A stretch of 64,000 bases of DNA from an uncultured bacterium (GCA_963777645.1 CAVZRA010000013.1:86514-150513); one strand, 5' to 3'; shown: positions 26,945-36,694, counted from the stretch's first letter. The notes: generated from the letters alone by a model not told the origin. Program-made: numbers and translations.

Positions 26945-28075
26945 TTAGGAGTCCTCAGTTGGCTCGACGTTACCCTCGACCACGATCTCACCCGTGCGGA
27001 TCTTCTCAGCGATCTCGGCAACGGTCGCACGCACGTCCTCGGGAACCAGGGCCTCGTTGAGTGGAGCGATCTCACAGCCACCATCAGCGAGGAGAAACAC
27101 GATCCGCTCCATTGGAGCGTCATACGGCGTGCCATTGGTCTCATGATCCCACCACGTGTCGATCAGTGACCCGAGCGCCGGATCCCACCTCGCCACCGAG
27201 CTCGTGATAACGGTCTCGGGATAGACAGACTCCTGGTCAGTGAAATCACCGACGCCGAGGACTCCAGCACTGCTGGCAGCCTCGAGCGACCCAAAACTGG
27301 AGGCGTAGATTACGTCGGCGCCCCCCGTAATCTGTGCCGCGGCCGCCTCTCGAGCCGTCGGCGGATCGAACCAACTCTCGATGTAAGTCATCAACATCTC
27401 GACATCGGGGTTGACGGATCGAGCACCGTCGATGAAAGCGTTGGTCGTCAGGTTGACGTTCGGGAACGGAAACGCGGCCACGGCGCCGATCTTGTTCGTC
27501 TCCGTCAACAAACCGGCGGCAACACCGCCCAGATAGGTGCATTCATGGTTGAAGACGTCGATCCAATATCCGTTGCCGCCGGTGGGCTCGTTACCCGAGC
27601 CCGAATAGACAAACATCGTCTCCGGGTAATCATCCTTGACGGGTGCGATCGCATCGGAAAATGTGCTGTGGCCCAGGATGATGTCGTATTTGCCCGAGGC
27701 CGCCAGATCCCTAACCACTCGCTCGGCATCGGTCGCCGCGATGTTCTCGAACGTCTCGTAGCTGATATCGAGGTTGTGCGGCCGAGATTCCACCGCTCGA
27801 TCCAGGGCCGCCACCATGGTCGAGTTCCACGGCTCTTCGAGCACACTGCCAATGAACATCGCGATCCTCAGCGACTCGGGACCATCGGTTGCGGCAGGTG
27901 CTTCCGACGACACGGGGCTCGCCTCTGTCGTCGACACCGCCGTCGTAGTGCTCGACGAGGCTGTCGTAGTGCTCGACGAGGCTGTCGTAGTGCTCGACGA
28001 GTCGCCACAAGCGGCCAGCATCAGCGCCAGCACAACACTGAGAGCCAAAAACACAGCTCTTCGTCCTGTCATCAT
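26945..28075 (-). CDS. BMP/PnrA-family ABC substrate-binding lipoprotein (nucleoside-type), orphan copy
   Basis: ATG 28075 has a GAGGAG RBS. The lipobox is 'LMLAACG', followed by a Ser/Thr linker and a BMP-family body paralogous to 39140 and 57296. Confidence 0.85.
   Translation of the reverse strand: MMTGRRAVFLALSVVLALMLAACGDSSSTTTASSSTTTASSSTTTAVSTTEASPVSSEAPAATDGPESLRIAMFIGSVLEEPWNSTMVAALDRAVESRPHNLDISYETFENIAATDAERVVRDLAASGKYDIILGHSTFSDAIAPVKDDYPETMFVYSGSGNEPTGGNGYWIDVFNHECTYLGGVAAGLLTETNKIGAVAAFPFPNVNLTTNAFIDGARSVNPDVEMLMTYIESWFDPPTAREAAAAQITGGADVIYASSFGSLEAASSAGVLGVGDFTDQESVYPETVITSSVARWDPALGSLIDTWWDHETNGTPYDAPMERIVFLLADGGCEIAPLNEALVPEDVRATVAEIAEKIRTGEIVVEGNVEPTEDS
27942..28001. repeat. 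21-bp tandem repeat x2.9 (gtcgtagtgctcgacgaggct)
   Basis: Units at 27942, 27963 and 27984. They encode the 'SSSTTTA' x3 linker after the lipobox Cys. Confidence 0.85.
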
Positions 28076-28173
28076 GTTTGGTACTCCTCTTCGTCCCATC
28101 ATCGTGTCCGATCCTCCAAATGCTGTCTCCGATTGTCTCTGGCGTTGACGCGCCCTGGGGCTCGGAACTGTTG

Positions 28174-29586
28174 TCAATTCCGGAACGTTCGCCATGGTTC
28201 GAGTAGCCCCTCAAACCCCGCGGCAGCAACGAGGCCGGCAGCGCTCGCCCTGGTTTCTTCGAAGACAGCGTCCTCGTCAACGAGGGTGCATCTGCCGTCT
28301 TCGAGGATGACCTTGCCACCAACGACCGTATACGCGACGTCAGCCGGAGAAGCCGAGTAGACAACCGCAGCAACCGCCCGGTGAAGCGGGGTGTGATGGG
28401 GCCCCGACAACTTCACTACAGCCATGTCGGCCAATCGACCCGGTGCCAGGAAGCCTGATTCGATGCCTAGAAAGGCGGCACCCTCGCGGGTGGCCAGCTC
28501 GATAGCCTCCTCCCCGTTGGAGACTGTCGTTTCCTGGTTGTGCACACGCTGCAGCAGCACGGACTGCTTCATACATGAGAACATGTCGAGACGGTGACCG
28601 CTGCCGCCATCGAGGCCGAGACCGACCTTTGCCCCTGCGCCTCGAAGATCGCGCAACCGCATCACCCCGAGTCCCATGTACTGGTGCGAGATGGGGCAAT
28701 AGGCAACTCCGGTTCCCGTCGCCCCGACCCGTTCCACTTCGCGATCATCAAGGAATATCCCATGGGCGAGGGTGGCCCCATCGCCCAAGAGACCCTGGTC
28801 GTAAAGCCAATCGGCCGGCCGGACACCATACTCGTCGAGGTAGTACACCGGATCGGTGCTGGCTTCCGAGCAATGAGTATGCCAGCCGGTTCCACTCTCC
28901 CGAGCAAGGTCAACCGAGGCACGCATCAGATCCTGGTCAACATAGATGACATTCACCGGGGCCGGCCACACACCAACCTGAGAGCCCGGTGGACGCTCCT
29001 CAATGCACTCGCGGGTAATAGCCAATTCATCGGCCGCCGAATAGCAGAAGATCTCCCCGGCAAGATTGTGACGCCGGGCGATATCGGTCGGATCGCCCAT
29101 GATTCCGCGGGCCACCGCCCCACGCAGCCCAACCTCCTCGATCGACGTGGCGACCCCGAGCGTCGCCACGGCATCGGTGGGTGCATAGTGGTGATCGAGA
29201 ACGGCAGTCACCCCGGAATGTGCGGCCTCGATGGCTCCCAGCTTGGCGCCCAAGACGGCATCGGCTGGAGTGATCGCATCCGCAAGGGGCCATATGAATC
29301 CTGACAACCATGGCCACAGCTCCATGCCTTCGCCCAGGCCCCGCATCAGGTACTGGAACAGATGCTGGTGGGTGTCGACAAAACCCGGCAACACCACCAT
29401 CCCGGCCGTATCAATCCGACGATTCGCCTGCCATCCGGAAAAATCCTCGGCCGGGCCTACTGCAACGATCCGGTCACCAGTCACCGCAACCGCACCAGGA
29501 TCAAAGACGTGCCTTGCGTCATCGACGGTCACCACGGAGCCGCCGATCAGGAGAAGCTCACACCGGTCGGTATCGTCGGGCCTCAA
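28174..29586 (-). CDS. TRZ/ATZ-family amidohydrolase (guanine/8-oxoguanine/MTA-deaminase-like)
   Basis: 'VLPGFVDTHQHLFQ' and 'WHTHCSE'. TTG 29586 is preceded by GGAGGAGGAG. The tracked ATG at 29661 would place operator-like site F2 inside the gene. Confidence 0.75.
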   Translation of the reverse strand: MRPDDTDRCELLLIGGSVVTVDDARHVFDPGAVAVTGDRIVAVGPAEDFSGWQANRRIDTAGMVVLPGFVDTHQHLFQYLMRGLGEGMELWPWLSGFIWPLADAITPADAVLGAKLGAIEAAHSGVTAVLDHHYAPTDAVATLGVATSIEEVGLRGAVARGIMGDPTDIARRHNLAGEIFCYSAADELAITRECIEERPPGSQVGVWPAPVNVIYVDQDLMRASVDLARESGTGWHTHCSEASTDPVYYLDEYGVRPADWLYDQGLLGDGATLAHGIFLDDREVERVGATGTGVAYCPISHQYMGLGVMRLRDLRGAGAKVGLGLDGGSGHRLDMFSCMKQSVLLQRVHNQETTVSNGEEAIELATREGAAFLGIESGFLAPGRLADMAVVKLSGPHHTPLHRAVAAVVYSASPADVAYTVVGGKVILEDGRCTLVDEDAVFEETRASAAGLVAAAGFEGLLEPWRTFRN

Positions 29587-29614
29587 AGCTCCTCCTCCAA
29601 GAATCGGCGGGCAA

Positions 29615-29631
29615 TATTGATGATAGTAATA
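29615..29631. promoter_or_regulatory. Operator-like site F2: TATTGA-TGATA-GTAATA
   Basis: 10 of 12 matches with a perfect left half. It lies 29 nt upstream of the proposed TTG start of the amidohydrolase. Confidence 0.35.
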
Positions 29632-29718
29632 CCGGATGGTCCGGACCGCAACCCCCGCCAAGCACCGACTGGTACACCGCGATCCGGTCCCTCAGTCTCG
29701 AGAACGAGATCCACGAGA

Positions 29719-29735
29719 AATTGCTTGTATCAATA
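29719..29735. promoter_or_regulatory. Operator-like site F: AATTGC-TTGTA-TCAATA
   Basis: 10 of 12 matches with a perfect right half. It lies 71 nt upstream of the serA TTG start. Confidence 0.35.
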
Positions 29736-29805
29736 TTTCGGACTACTTTGGCCCGAGGCCTTGGCCACTCAATGCACCTAGGAAATCACGACAAAGGTTG
29801 CCCTC

Positions 29806-31026
29806 TTGAAGATCCTCTTTGCCGATTCTTTCGATAAGTCCGCGCTCGCCACGCTCCAAGCGCACGGGCACGAATGCAGGTCCGAGCCTGGCTTGACCGC
29901 AGACGACCTCCCAACAGCGTTGGGCGGTGCCGACGCTCTGGTGGTGCGAAGCACCAAGGTAACGGCAGCGGCGCTGGAATCATCAGATTCGCTGCGACTC
30001 ATCGTACGCGCAGGCGCCGGAACCAACACAATCGATAAGCAGACTGCGGCCAATCGGGGGATCTATGTGTGCAATACCCCCGGCAAGAACGCGGTCGCGG
30101 TTGCCGAACTGACAATGGCGCTCCTGCTGGCGATAGATCGCAGGCTTCCCGACAATGTTGCTGCGCTGCGCGACGGACGATGGGACAAGAAGAGGTTCGC
30201 CAAGGCCCAAGGTCTGTTCGGCAAAACAATGGGCATCATCGGCCTGGGAGCAATCGGCCTCGAAGTAGCGGTCCGGGCCAAGGCCTTTGGGCTCGACGTA
30301 CTGGTGATCGCCAAAGATCGGCCCGCCCCGACAGTGAAGCGCATCGAAGAAATCGGGATCCGGGTAGTCGATAACCTCGACGAGCTATTGGCCAGTAGCG
30401 ATATCGTCTCCATTCACGTCCCGCTGAGCGAGGCTACCCATCATCTGGTGGATACCGCCTTCCTGGGCAAGCTACGCGACGGGGCGTGGATAATCAACAC
30501 GTCGCGCGGAGACATCGTCGACGGACCGGCACTGCTGGAAGCAGTCGAAAATCGCGGCATGGCAGCCGGCCTTGACGTATATCCCGACGAACCGTCCTCT
30601 GGCCAGGCGGATTTTGAATCGGAACTTGCTCAACACCCGGCCATCTACGGCACTCACCATATTGGTGCCTCTACGGAGCAGGCACAGCAAGCAATTGCCG
30701 ACGAGGTCGTCGAAATCATCCAAGCCTTCGAGAACGGTCGGGTTCTGAACTCGGTCAACACCGAAACACATCCGGTCGGCTCTACAACGTTGGTCGTCCG
30801 CCACCGCGACCGGGTTGGTGTGCTCTCCTCCGTTCTTGCTCTCCTGAAGAACGCGGGCATCAACATCGAACAGATGGAGAATGCAATCTTTGCAGGCGCC
30901 AACGCGGCGTGTGCCACCCTCCATGTTGCGGGGTCCGTTGACGCAGATCTGTTGAATCTCATCTCCGCACAGGACGGCATCATCCAAGCCATTGCACGAG
31001 AAAAGAGCGGAAGAACCAAACCATGA
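29806..31026 (+). CDS. serA: D-3-phosphoglycerate dehydrogenase-type 2-hydroxyacid dehydrogenase with C-terminal ACT-like domain
   Basis: 'RAGAGTNTID' and 'GIIGLGAIGLEVA' (NAD fold). The C-terminal segment of about 80 aa is ACT-like. TTG start. The gene is followed by serC with an ATGA overlap. Confidence 0.8.
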   Translation: MKILFADSFDKSALATLQAHGHECRSEPGLTADDLPTALGGADALVVRSTKVTAAALESSDSLRLIVRAGAGTNTIDKQTAANRGIYVCNTPGKNAVAVAELTMALLLAIDRRLPDNVAALRDGRWDKKRFAKAQGLFGKTMGIIGLGAIGLEVAVRAKAFGLDVLVIAKDRPAPTVKRIEEIGIRVVDNLDELLASSDIVSIHVPLSEATHHLVDTAFLGKLRDGAWIINTSRGDIVDGPALLEAVENRGMAAGLDVYPDEPSSGQADFESELAQHPAIYGTHHIGASTEQAQQAIADEVVEIIQAFENGRVLNSVNTETHPVGSTTLVVRHRDRVGVLSSVLALLKNAGINIEQMENAIFAGANAACATLHVAGSVDADLLNLISAQDGIIQAIAREKSGRTKP

Positions 31027-32102
31027 GAATCTTCAACTTCAGCGCCGGCCCATGCACGCTTCCCCTTCCCGTCCTCGAAGCCGTTCAAGCCGAGTTCGTC
31101 GATTACCGGGGCTCGGGAATGTCGATGGTGGAAATGAGCCACCGCACCGCCCCATACGACGAGGTGCATCAAAGCGCCACTGGCCTGGCCAGAGAGCTCT
31201 ATGGCGTCCCCGATGGCTTCGACGTCATCTTTGTCCAGGGAGGAGCGACGATGCAGTTCGGCATGGTGCCGATGAACCTGCTCGCCGACGGCTCACGAGG
31301 TGCGTACGTTGACACGGGTATATGGGCCACCAAGGCATTCAGGGACGGCTCCCACCACGGTGACGTCTACACCGCGTGGAGTGGCGCCGACCTCGCATAC
31401 TCCAGGGTCCCCTCGTCTGACGAGATTTCTGTTGCAGGCAACACTCGGTACCTCCATATCACCAGCAACGAGACAATCGGTGGAGTTCAGTTCAAGGAGT
31501 GGCCTGAAGTTCCGGTTCCACTGGTCGCCGACATGTCGTCGGACTACATGAGCCGCCCGATTCCTTGGGAGAAATTCGATCTCGTATACGGCGGAGTCCA
31601 GAAGAACCTGGCGCCTGCGGGGGCAGCTCTGGTGTTCATCCGCCGTAGCATTCTCGAGGAAACCAATAGAAACCTCGCGTCATATTTCCGATACGACATA
31701 CATGCGAGCAAGGACTCGATGTACAACACCCCACCAGTGTTTCCCATTTATGTGATGGAAAAAGTATTGCGCTGGATGAAGGACCAGGGCGGTCTCTCCG
31801 CAATGGAAACGGCCGCTAATCAACGCGCCGAACTCATCTACAGCACAATCGACGGAAGCGATGGTTTCTACACCAACCCGATCGATCCTGTCTGTAGGTC
31901 CAATATGAATGTCGTGTTCCGGATCGCAAACAACGATCTCGAATCCCGGTTCGTGGCCGAGGCGGCTGCCAGGGGTATGTCGGGCCTGAAGGGTCACCGT
32001 AGCGTTGGTGGCTGTCGCGCCTCGATCTACAACGCGATGCCGCAGGCCGGAGCCGAGGCATTGTGTGACTTCATGTTGAACTTCCAGCGTGCCGCTGGCT
32101 GA
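31023..32102 (+). CDS. serC: Phosphoserine aminotransferase
   Basis: 'FNFSAGPCTLPLPVLE...MSHRT' and 'GGCRASIYNAMP' are typical SerC motifs. Confidence 0.9.
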   Translation: MRIFNFSAGPCTLPLPVLEAVQAEFVDYRGSGMSMVEMSHRTAPYDEVHQSATGLARELYGVPDGFDVIFVQGGATMQFGMVPMNLLADGSRGAYVDTGIWATKAFRDGSHHGDVYTAWSGADLAYSRVPSSDEISVAGNTRYLHITSNETIGGVQFKEWPEVPVPLVADMSSDYMSRPIPWEKFDLVYGGVQKNLAPAGAALVFIRRSILEETNRNLASYFRYDIHASKDSMYNTPPVFPIYVMEKVLRWMKDQGGLSAMETAANQRAELIYSTIDGSDGFYTNPIDPVCRSNMNVVFRIANNDLESRFVAEAAARGMSGLKGHRSVGGCRASIYNAMPQAGAEALCDFMLNFQRAAG

Positions 32103-32108
32103 GCCCCG

Positions 32109-33290
32109 GTGGACATTCGGCCTCTCGATATCATGCTGGTGGATCCCGAGGTCGCGCCACAGGTGGCGGTGCCGGCGTACGACCTATTGTCAACGGCGGA
32201 TCGCCATCGCATCCTGTCGGGTGAACCCCTCAGCTTCCTCAACGCAATCAGGCTTCCCGAGGATTACCGACAGGGTATTGAGCGTGGAGCCGATCGTCAT
32301 CTGCGGGACTCTCAAACCGCGCTCCGGCGCATGGTCGCCGATGGGGTGTTCCGACGGACTGGTGGACCATCCCTGTTCATCTATCGGCTGACGACCGAGA
32401 ACCACCAGCAGACCGCGGTCGTAGCCGCCGTTCCGGTGCAGGCGTACAACGAAGGATTGGTTCTACGCCATGAAGAAACGCGAGATGAGAAGCTGGCCGG
32501 GCTGCGCAGCTACATCGAGAACGTCAAAGCAAGTTCATCTCCAGTGTGTCTCGCATATCGGCCGGTTCCGGAGATCGACGAGCTAGTCGCCACCATCGTC
32601 TCGAGGGAGCCTGAAGTCGACTTTGTCGCGTATACCGGGACTCGTCAGGAGATCTGGACGATTACAGATATTGTGATCGTCGGCCAGATCATCGGGCTGT
32701 TTCGTGACGTTCCACGGATGTACATAACCGATGGCCACCATCGCGCCGCCGCAACCGCCTGCGTCGACCCGGAATCCACCATTCTGGCGGCGATCTTCCC
32801 AACCGACCAGCTCCAGCTGGTGGCCTACCATCGCTGCCTACGCGATCTGGGTACCGAGACCACGGCCGGTCTCCTCGGACGACTGGCTGAAGCGTTTGAC
32901 ATAGAGACCCGTCCAGCCACCGAGAGACCCCCGGCTCCGGCGCCCGGCAAGATCGTGATGTGCCTGGATGGCAATTGGCACCAACTCACTCGTCGCGACA
33001 ACGCTGACGATCTCGATGTCGTCGTGCTACAGGACCGTATTCTCGACCGTATATTGGGCGTCGCTGACCCGCGCTCCGACCCAAGACTTGCGTGTGTGAC
33101 TTCGCGCATCGATGCAGACGCAATAGGAAGATGGGTCAACAACGGGGTGTACGACGTCGCCTTCCTGCTGCATCCGATGTCTCTGGATCAACTAATGGCC
33201 GCCTCCGAAGCCGGTTCCATGCTTCCGCCTAAGTCGTCTTGGTTCACTCCCAAGGCAGGCTCCGGGATCTTCCTACGGTTTGACGGATAG
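32109..33290 (+). CDS. DUF1015 domain protein
   Basis: 393 aa with a GTG start. 'YITDGHHR' and the overall layout match DUF1015, which I recall as commonly linked to serA/serC. Confidence 0.7.
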   Translation: MDIRPLDIMLVDPEVAPQVAVPAYDLLSTADRHRILSGEPLSFLNAIRLPEDYRQGIERGADRHLRDSQTALRRMVADGVFRRTGGPSLFIYRLTTENHQQTAVVAAVPVQAYNEGLVLRHEETRDEKLAGLRSYIENVKASSSPVCLAYRPVPEIDELVATIVSREPEVDFVAYTGTRQEIWTITDIVIVGQIIGLFRDVPRMYITDGHHRAAATACVDPESTILAAIFPTDQLQLVAYHRCLRDLGTETTAGLLGRLAEAFDIETRPATERPPAPAPGKIVMCLDGNWHQLTRRDNADDLDVVVLQDRILDRILGVADPRSDPRLACVTSRIDADAIGRWVNNGVYDVAFLLHPMSLDQLMAASEAGSMLPPKSSWFTPKAGSGIFLRFDG

Positions 33291-33514
33291 CCGCCGCAGC
33301 ATTCACCGGCATGGTCTCGACGTAGGATCCGTACCGGCCCCTGCTGGAACCGACGTCCTGTGGTTCAAAACTACGTCGCGCCTTGACGAGATCGATGCGG
33401 CACTCAGCGCCTCATCGAGGACGGAAGCAACCGTGCCGGTATGGCCGCGTTGCTGCTCCTGCAGATCGCACCAAAGCGGTTCAGAGTAGATGCGAACTTG
33501 TCAGCAGATGTGAA

Positions 33515-33531
33515 TATTGATACAGTCAATG
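33515..33531. promoter_or_regulatory. Operator-like site G: TATTGA-TACAG-TCAATG
   Basis: 11 of 12 matches. It lies 51 nt upstream of the corrinoid-protein ATG at 33582. Confidence 0.5.
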
Positions 33532-33581
33532 TCGGGAATTTAGTGCATTCCGATTCGACGCTCAGTAAGGAGAGAGGTCCC

Positions 33582-34295
33582 ATGACAGCACAGGAGATAC
33601 TCAACGGCCTGAAGCAGGCCGTAGTCGACGGAGACGAGGGCGATGCTGCTGCGTTTGCTGCGCAGGCAATCGAAGCCGAGATCAAGCCAATGGAAATCAT
33701 CCAGGGTGCAATCAACCCTGCGATGGACGAAGTCGGCCAGGCGTTTGAAGACGGTGATGCCTACCTCCCCGAGCTGATCCTCGCCGGTGATGCCGCAAGG
33801 GCCGCCCTCGATTTGATCATTCCAACCATCTCGGCAGACGATCTCGAAGGAGCTGTACAAGGAACCGTCGTCATCGGCACCATCTACGGCGATGCCCATG
33901 ACATCGGCAAGAACATCGTGTCTGCGATCCTGGCGGCGCATGGCATCAAAGTCATTGACCTCGGGATCAACGTCTCACCCAAGCAGTACATCGAAGCAGC
34001 AATCGCCGAAGATGCGGACATAATCGCCATCTCGTCGCTAATCACCACATCGCTGCCATATCACCGAGAGGTCATCAACACGCTTACCGATCGTGGCGAA
34101 CGCGACAAGTTCTTTGTCATCGTCGGCGGCGGTCCCGTCACCCCGGAGTGGACCGCGCAGATCGGCGCGGACGGCTATGGCCGTGACGCTCGAGACGCGG
34201 CACTCGTCGTAACCCAGTTACTAGAAGGGCTTGCCGCAGGAAACACAGCGCCGCTCGCCAAACCGGTGCTCGTCGGCGTACTGGAGCACGGTTAG
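33582..34295 (+). CDS. Cobalamin-binding corrinoid protein (MtmC/MtgC-like), cassette 1
   Basis: A four-helix cap is followed by the B12-binding motifs 'GDAHDIGKN' (DxHxxG), 'SSLITTS' and 'VIVGGGPV'. ATG 33582 follows AAGGAGAGAGG. Confidence 0.85.
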   Translation: MTAQEILNGLKQAVVDGDEGDAAAFAAQAIEAEIKPMEIIQGAINPAMDEVGQAFEDGDAYLPELILAGDAARAALDLIIPTISADDLEGAVQGTVVIGTIYGDAHDIGKNIVSAILAAHGIKVIDLGINVSPKQYIEAAIAEDADIIAISSLITTSLPYHREVINTLTDRGERDKFFVIVGGGPVTPEWTAQIGADGYGRDARDAALVVTQLLEGLAAGNTAPLAKPVLVGVLEHG

Positions 34296-34437
34296 GAGTC
34301 TGGTCGACAATCGTCATGGCGACTCGCAGCCGCAACGAAACCCGCGATCTGTCCCTGCACCGATAACCCTGAACCGAGGATATCCAACACACTCCTAGGA
34401 AGCGGAGAAACCAATATGAAGAACAAGCCAGACATCC

Positions 34438-35802
34438 TTGAGATCCTGCAGCCGCGCCCAGACCGGCGAGTACTGCACCCAGAAACAATGGGACACCAAA
34501 AAGATCCCGCTAACAATTCGCAACATACTCAAGGAACACGGCCTGCAGAAGACGTGTGACATGGAGAACCCTGTCAACACGGACATGGAACTCGCCGACA
34601 AGTTCTACGCAGCCGGCTATCAGGCGGCTTTGGAACTCGGCTACCTGTGCACAGACACCGACCGCATCATCAGCGTGTCCAAAGAGGAACTCGACAGCGC
34701 GCTGAAGCATGCACCGGCTGAACTCACGGTTGGCGAAGGAAAGGATGCAACGGTTCTCAAGGCAAGGACGCCTTCCGATCCCTATCCGATGAAGGCTGCG
34801 ACATCTCTGGGGATCACCCTGTCGGAAGATATCTACGCGGACATGGCTTTCTTGATTGCGAGTGAACCCGAGGTGGACATCCTCGAAGCTGGTTCGCTTA
34901 CGACGGTTCACGGCTATGAGGTGCTGTCAGGGACACCGATTGAGACCCGGATGGGCTACGAGCACGGTGTTATGCATCGCGAGGCCCGCCGCAAGGCCGG
35001 TCGGCCGGGTATGGGAGGAATGGGAAGCATCAGTGCCATCACCGAATATGGGCAGTTCGGTGCCTATGGAACGCCAGGCGGCTTCCGCAACACCGACCTT
35101 GCTCTGATTCTCTTCCCATCTGAGATGAAGGTCGACTACCGCACACTGCACAAGGTCGTCCACACCCTCAACATGGGTGGAATCATGAAATGTGACTCCC
35201 CCGGAATGATCGGCGGCATGCCCGGCCCGGCCGAAGGCGCCGTCGTCTCCAGCATTGCCTGTGCACTGCTTTCGTACGCCATTCTGCAAACCCATGTCGG
35301 TGGAGGCGAGATATACGACGTCCGGTACCTCGCCACCGTCAACCGCGAAGGACTCTGGGCTCTCAGCATGACGAACCAAGCGCTGAGCCGTAACACTCAT
35401 ACGTTGGTCCACAACATCTCCAACCAGGTTTCTGGTCCCGGCACCGAGAACTTGCTTCGTGAGATCGCCGCTGGAGTATCGATAATTGCAGCGTCCGGCG
35501 CCTCGCTGACCACGGGGCCCCGCAGCGCTGGTGGCAAGCTCAACGACTTTGTCACTCCGCTCGAGTGTCGCTTCCTTGCCGAGGTGGCGCACGCCGCATC
35601 AGCTATGGAACTCAGCAAGGTCAATGAAGTCGTCAAGGCTCTGTTGCCCAAGTATGAGGACTCGATCAAGGACCCGGACCTGGGTGTGCCGTTCCAGAAG
35701 GCCTACAACATGGAGACGCTCGAGCCAACTCCAGAATGGGAAGCAGCGTACCGCAAGGTCAAGGCCGAGTGCATCGAGCTCGGGATTCCACTCGACGCTT
35801 GA
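34438..35802 (+). CDS. MtmB-family (monomethylamine-methyltransferase-like) methyltransferase without pyrrolysine, copy 1
   Basis: Collinear with archaeal MtmB as I recall it ('GEYCTQKQWDTKKIP', 'GYLCTDTDRI', 'AGRPGMGGMG', 'SGPGTE'). There is no in-frame TAG. The tracked ORF starts at TTG 34438. The likely true N-terminus 'MKNKPDILEILQ' starts at ATG 34416 in frame -1 relative to the body, which implies one extra base near 34452. Confidence 0.8.
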   Translation: MRSCSRAQTGEYCTQKQWDTKKIPLTIRNILKEHGLQKTCDMENPVNTDMELADKFYAAGYQAALELGYLCTDTDRIISVSKEELDSALKHAPAELTVGEGKDATVLKARTPSDPYPMKAATSLGITLSEDIYADMAFLIASEPEVDILEAGSLTTVHGYEVLSGTPIETRMGYEHGVMHREARRKAGRPGMGGMGSISAITEYGQFGAYGTPGGFRNTDLALILFPSEMKVDYRTLHKVVHTLNMGGIMKCDSPGMIGGMPGPAEGAVVSSIACALLSYAILQTHVGGGEIYDVRYLATVNREGLWALSMTNQALSRNTHTLVHNISNQVSGPGTENLLREIAAGVSIIAASGASLTTGPRSAGGKLNDFVTPLECRFLAEVAHAASAMELSKVNEVVKALLPKYEDSIKDPDLGVPFQKAYNMETLEPTPEWEAAYRKVKAECIELGIPLDA

Positions 35803-35837
35803 TCCGGTGAAGTCCTGAGATTGGAGATCCAGCAGAT

Positions 35838-36689
35838 ATGAAGACAACGATCACCAGCCGTTCCAAGAGCGTTGCGATCGATACCGACGGTCCCGTCACC
35901 ATGATCGGTGAGAAGATCAACCCGACCGGTCGCAAACGTTTGGCGGCGGCATTGACGGAGGGAGATCTCGACTACGTCGTCGGTCTGGCAGTACGTCAGG
36001 TCAATGACGGGGCCGACATCATCGACATCAATGTTGGTGTGCCCGGACTCGATGAAGTCAAGGCCATGCGCGACGTCGTCGCCGCTGTCACGGATGCAGT
36101 GGATGTTCCGCTGTGTCTTGACTCACCAAGCCATGAGTCCGTAGCGGCTGGTCTTGCCGCCTGTCAAGGTCGTCCCCTGATCAATTCGGTCAGGGGCGAG
36201 GAAACTTCGATGAACGAGATCCTGCCGCTCGTCAAGGAGTACGACGCCTCAGTCATCGCACTCCTTCTGGACGAGGATGGAATCCCGGAAACGGCCGAGG
36301 CGCGAGTTGCGGTTGCCAAGAAGATCATCGACAGAGCCGATTCCATGGGAATCCCGCTCGAGAGCATCGTCATTGATCCGCTCGTGCTCACAGTGGGATC
36401 GGATAGCAACGCCGGCAAAATCACGCTCGACACCATTGAAATGCTGACAGCCGAATACGGCATCAACATCAATCTCGGTGCCAGCAATGTGTCGTTTGGG
36501 CTTCCGGATCGTCATACGCTCAATCAGGCGTTCCTGGGACTGGCAATCGGTGCAGGAGCTTCGTGCCTCATCACCGATGTAGCCAAGATGGCTCCAACAA
36601 TCCACGCCGCCGATCTCCTGCGCGGCCGCGACAACCACGGGATGAGATACATCAAGTACTTCCGGGCCCACGCCCCCAAGGACGACTGA
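35838..36689 (+). CDS. Methyl-THF:corrinoid methyltransferase (pterin-binding, MtgA/AcsE/MetH-domain-like)
   Basis: 'IGEKINPTGRKRL', 'DIIDINVG', 'PLINSV' and 'GASNVSFGLP' are typical of the pterin-binding barrel. Confidence 0.85.
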   Translation: MKTTITSRSKSVAIDTDGPVTMIGEKINPTGRKRLAAALTEGDLDYVVGLAVRQVNDGADIIDINVGVPGLDEVKAMRDVVAAVTDAVDVPLCLDSPSHESVAAGLAACQGRPLINSVRGEETSMNEILPLVKEYDASVIALLLDEDGIPETAEARVAVAKKIIDRADSMGIPLESIVIDPLVLTVGSDSNAGKITLDTIEMLTAEYGININLGASNVSFGLPDRHTLNQAFLGLAIGAGASCLITDVAKMAPTIHAADLLRGRDNHGMRYIKYFRAHAPKDD

Positions 36690-36694
36690 CAACT

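Noticed and set aside
33291-33581. Cobalamin riboswitch upstream of the corrinoid-protein gene. I also checked 48072-48196.
   Set aside because: I could not find a B12-box-like core (such as GCCACTG) or the expected helical layout. An Infernal scan would be needed to exclude it formally.
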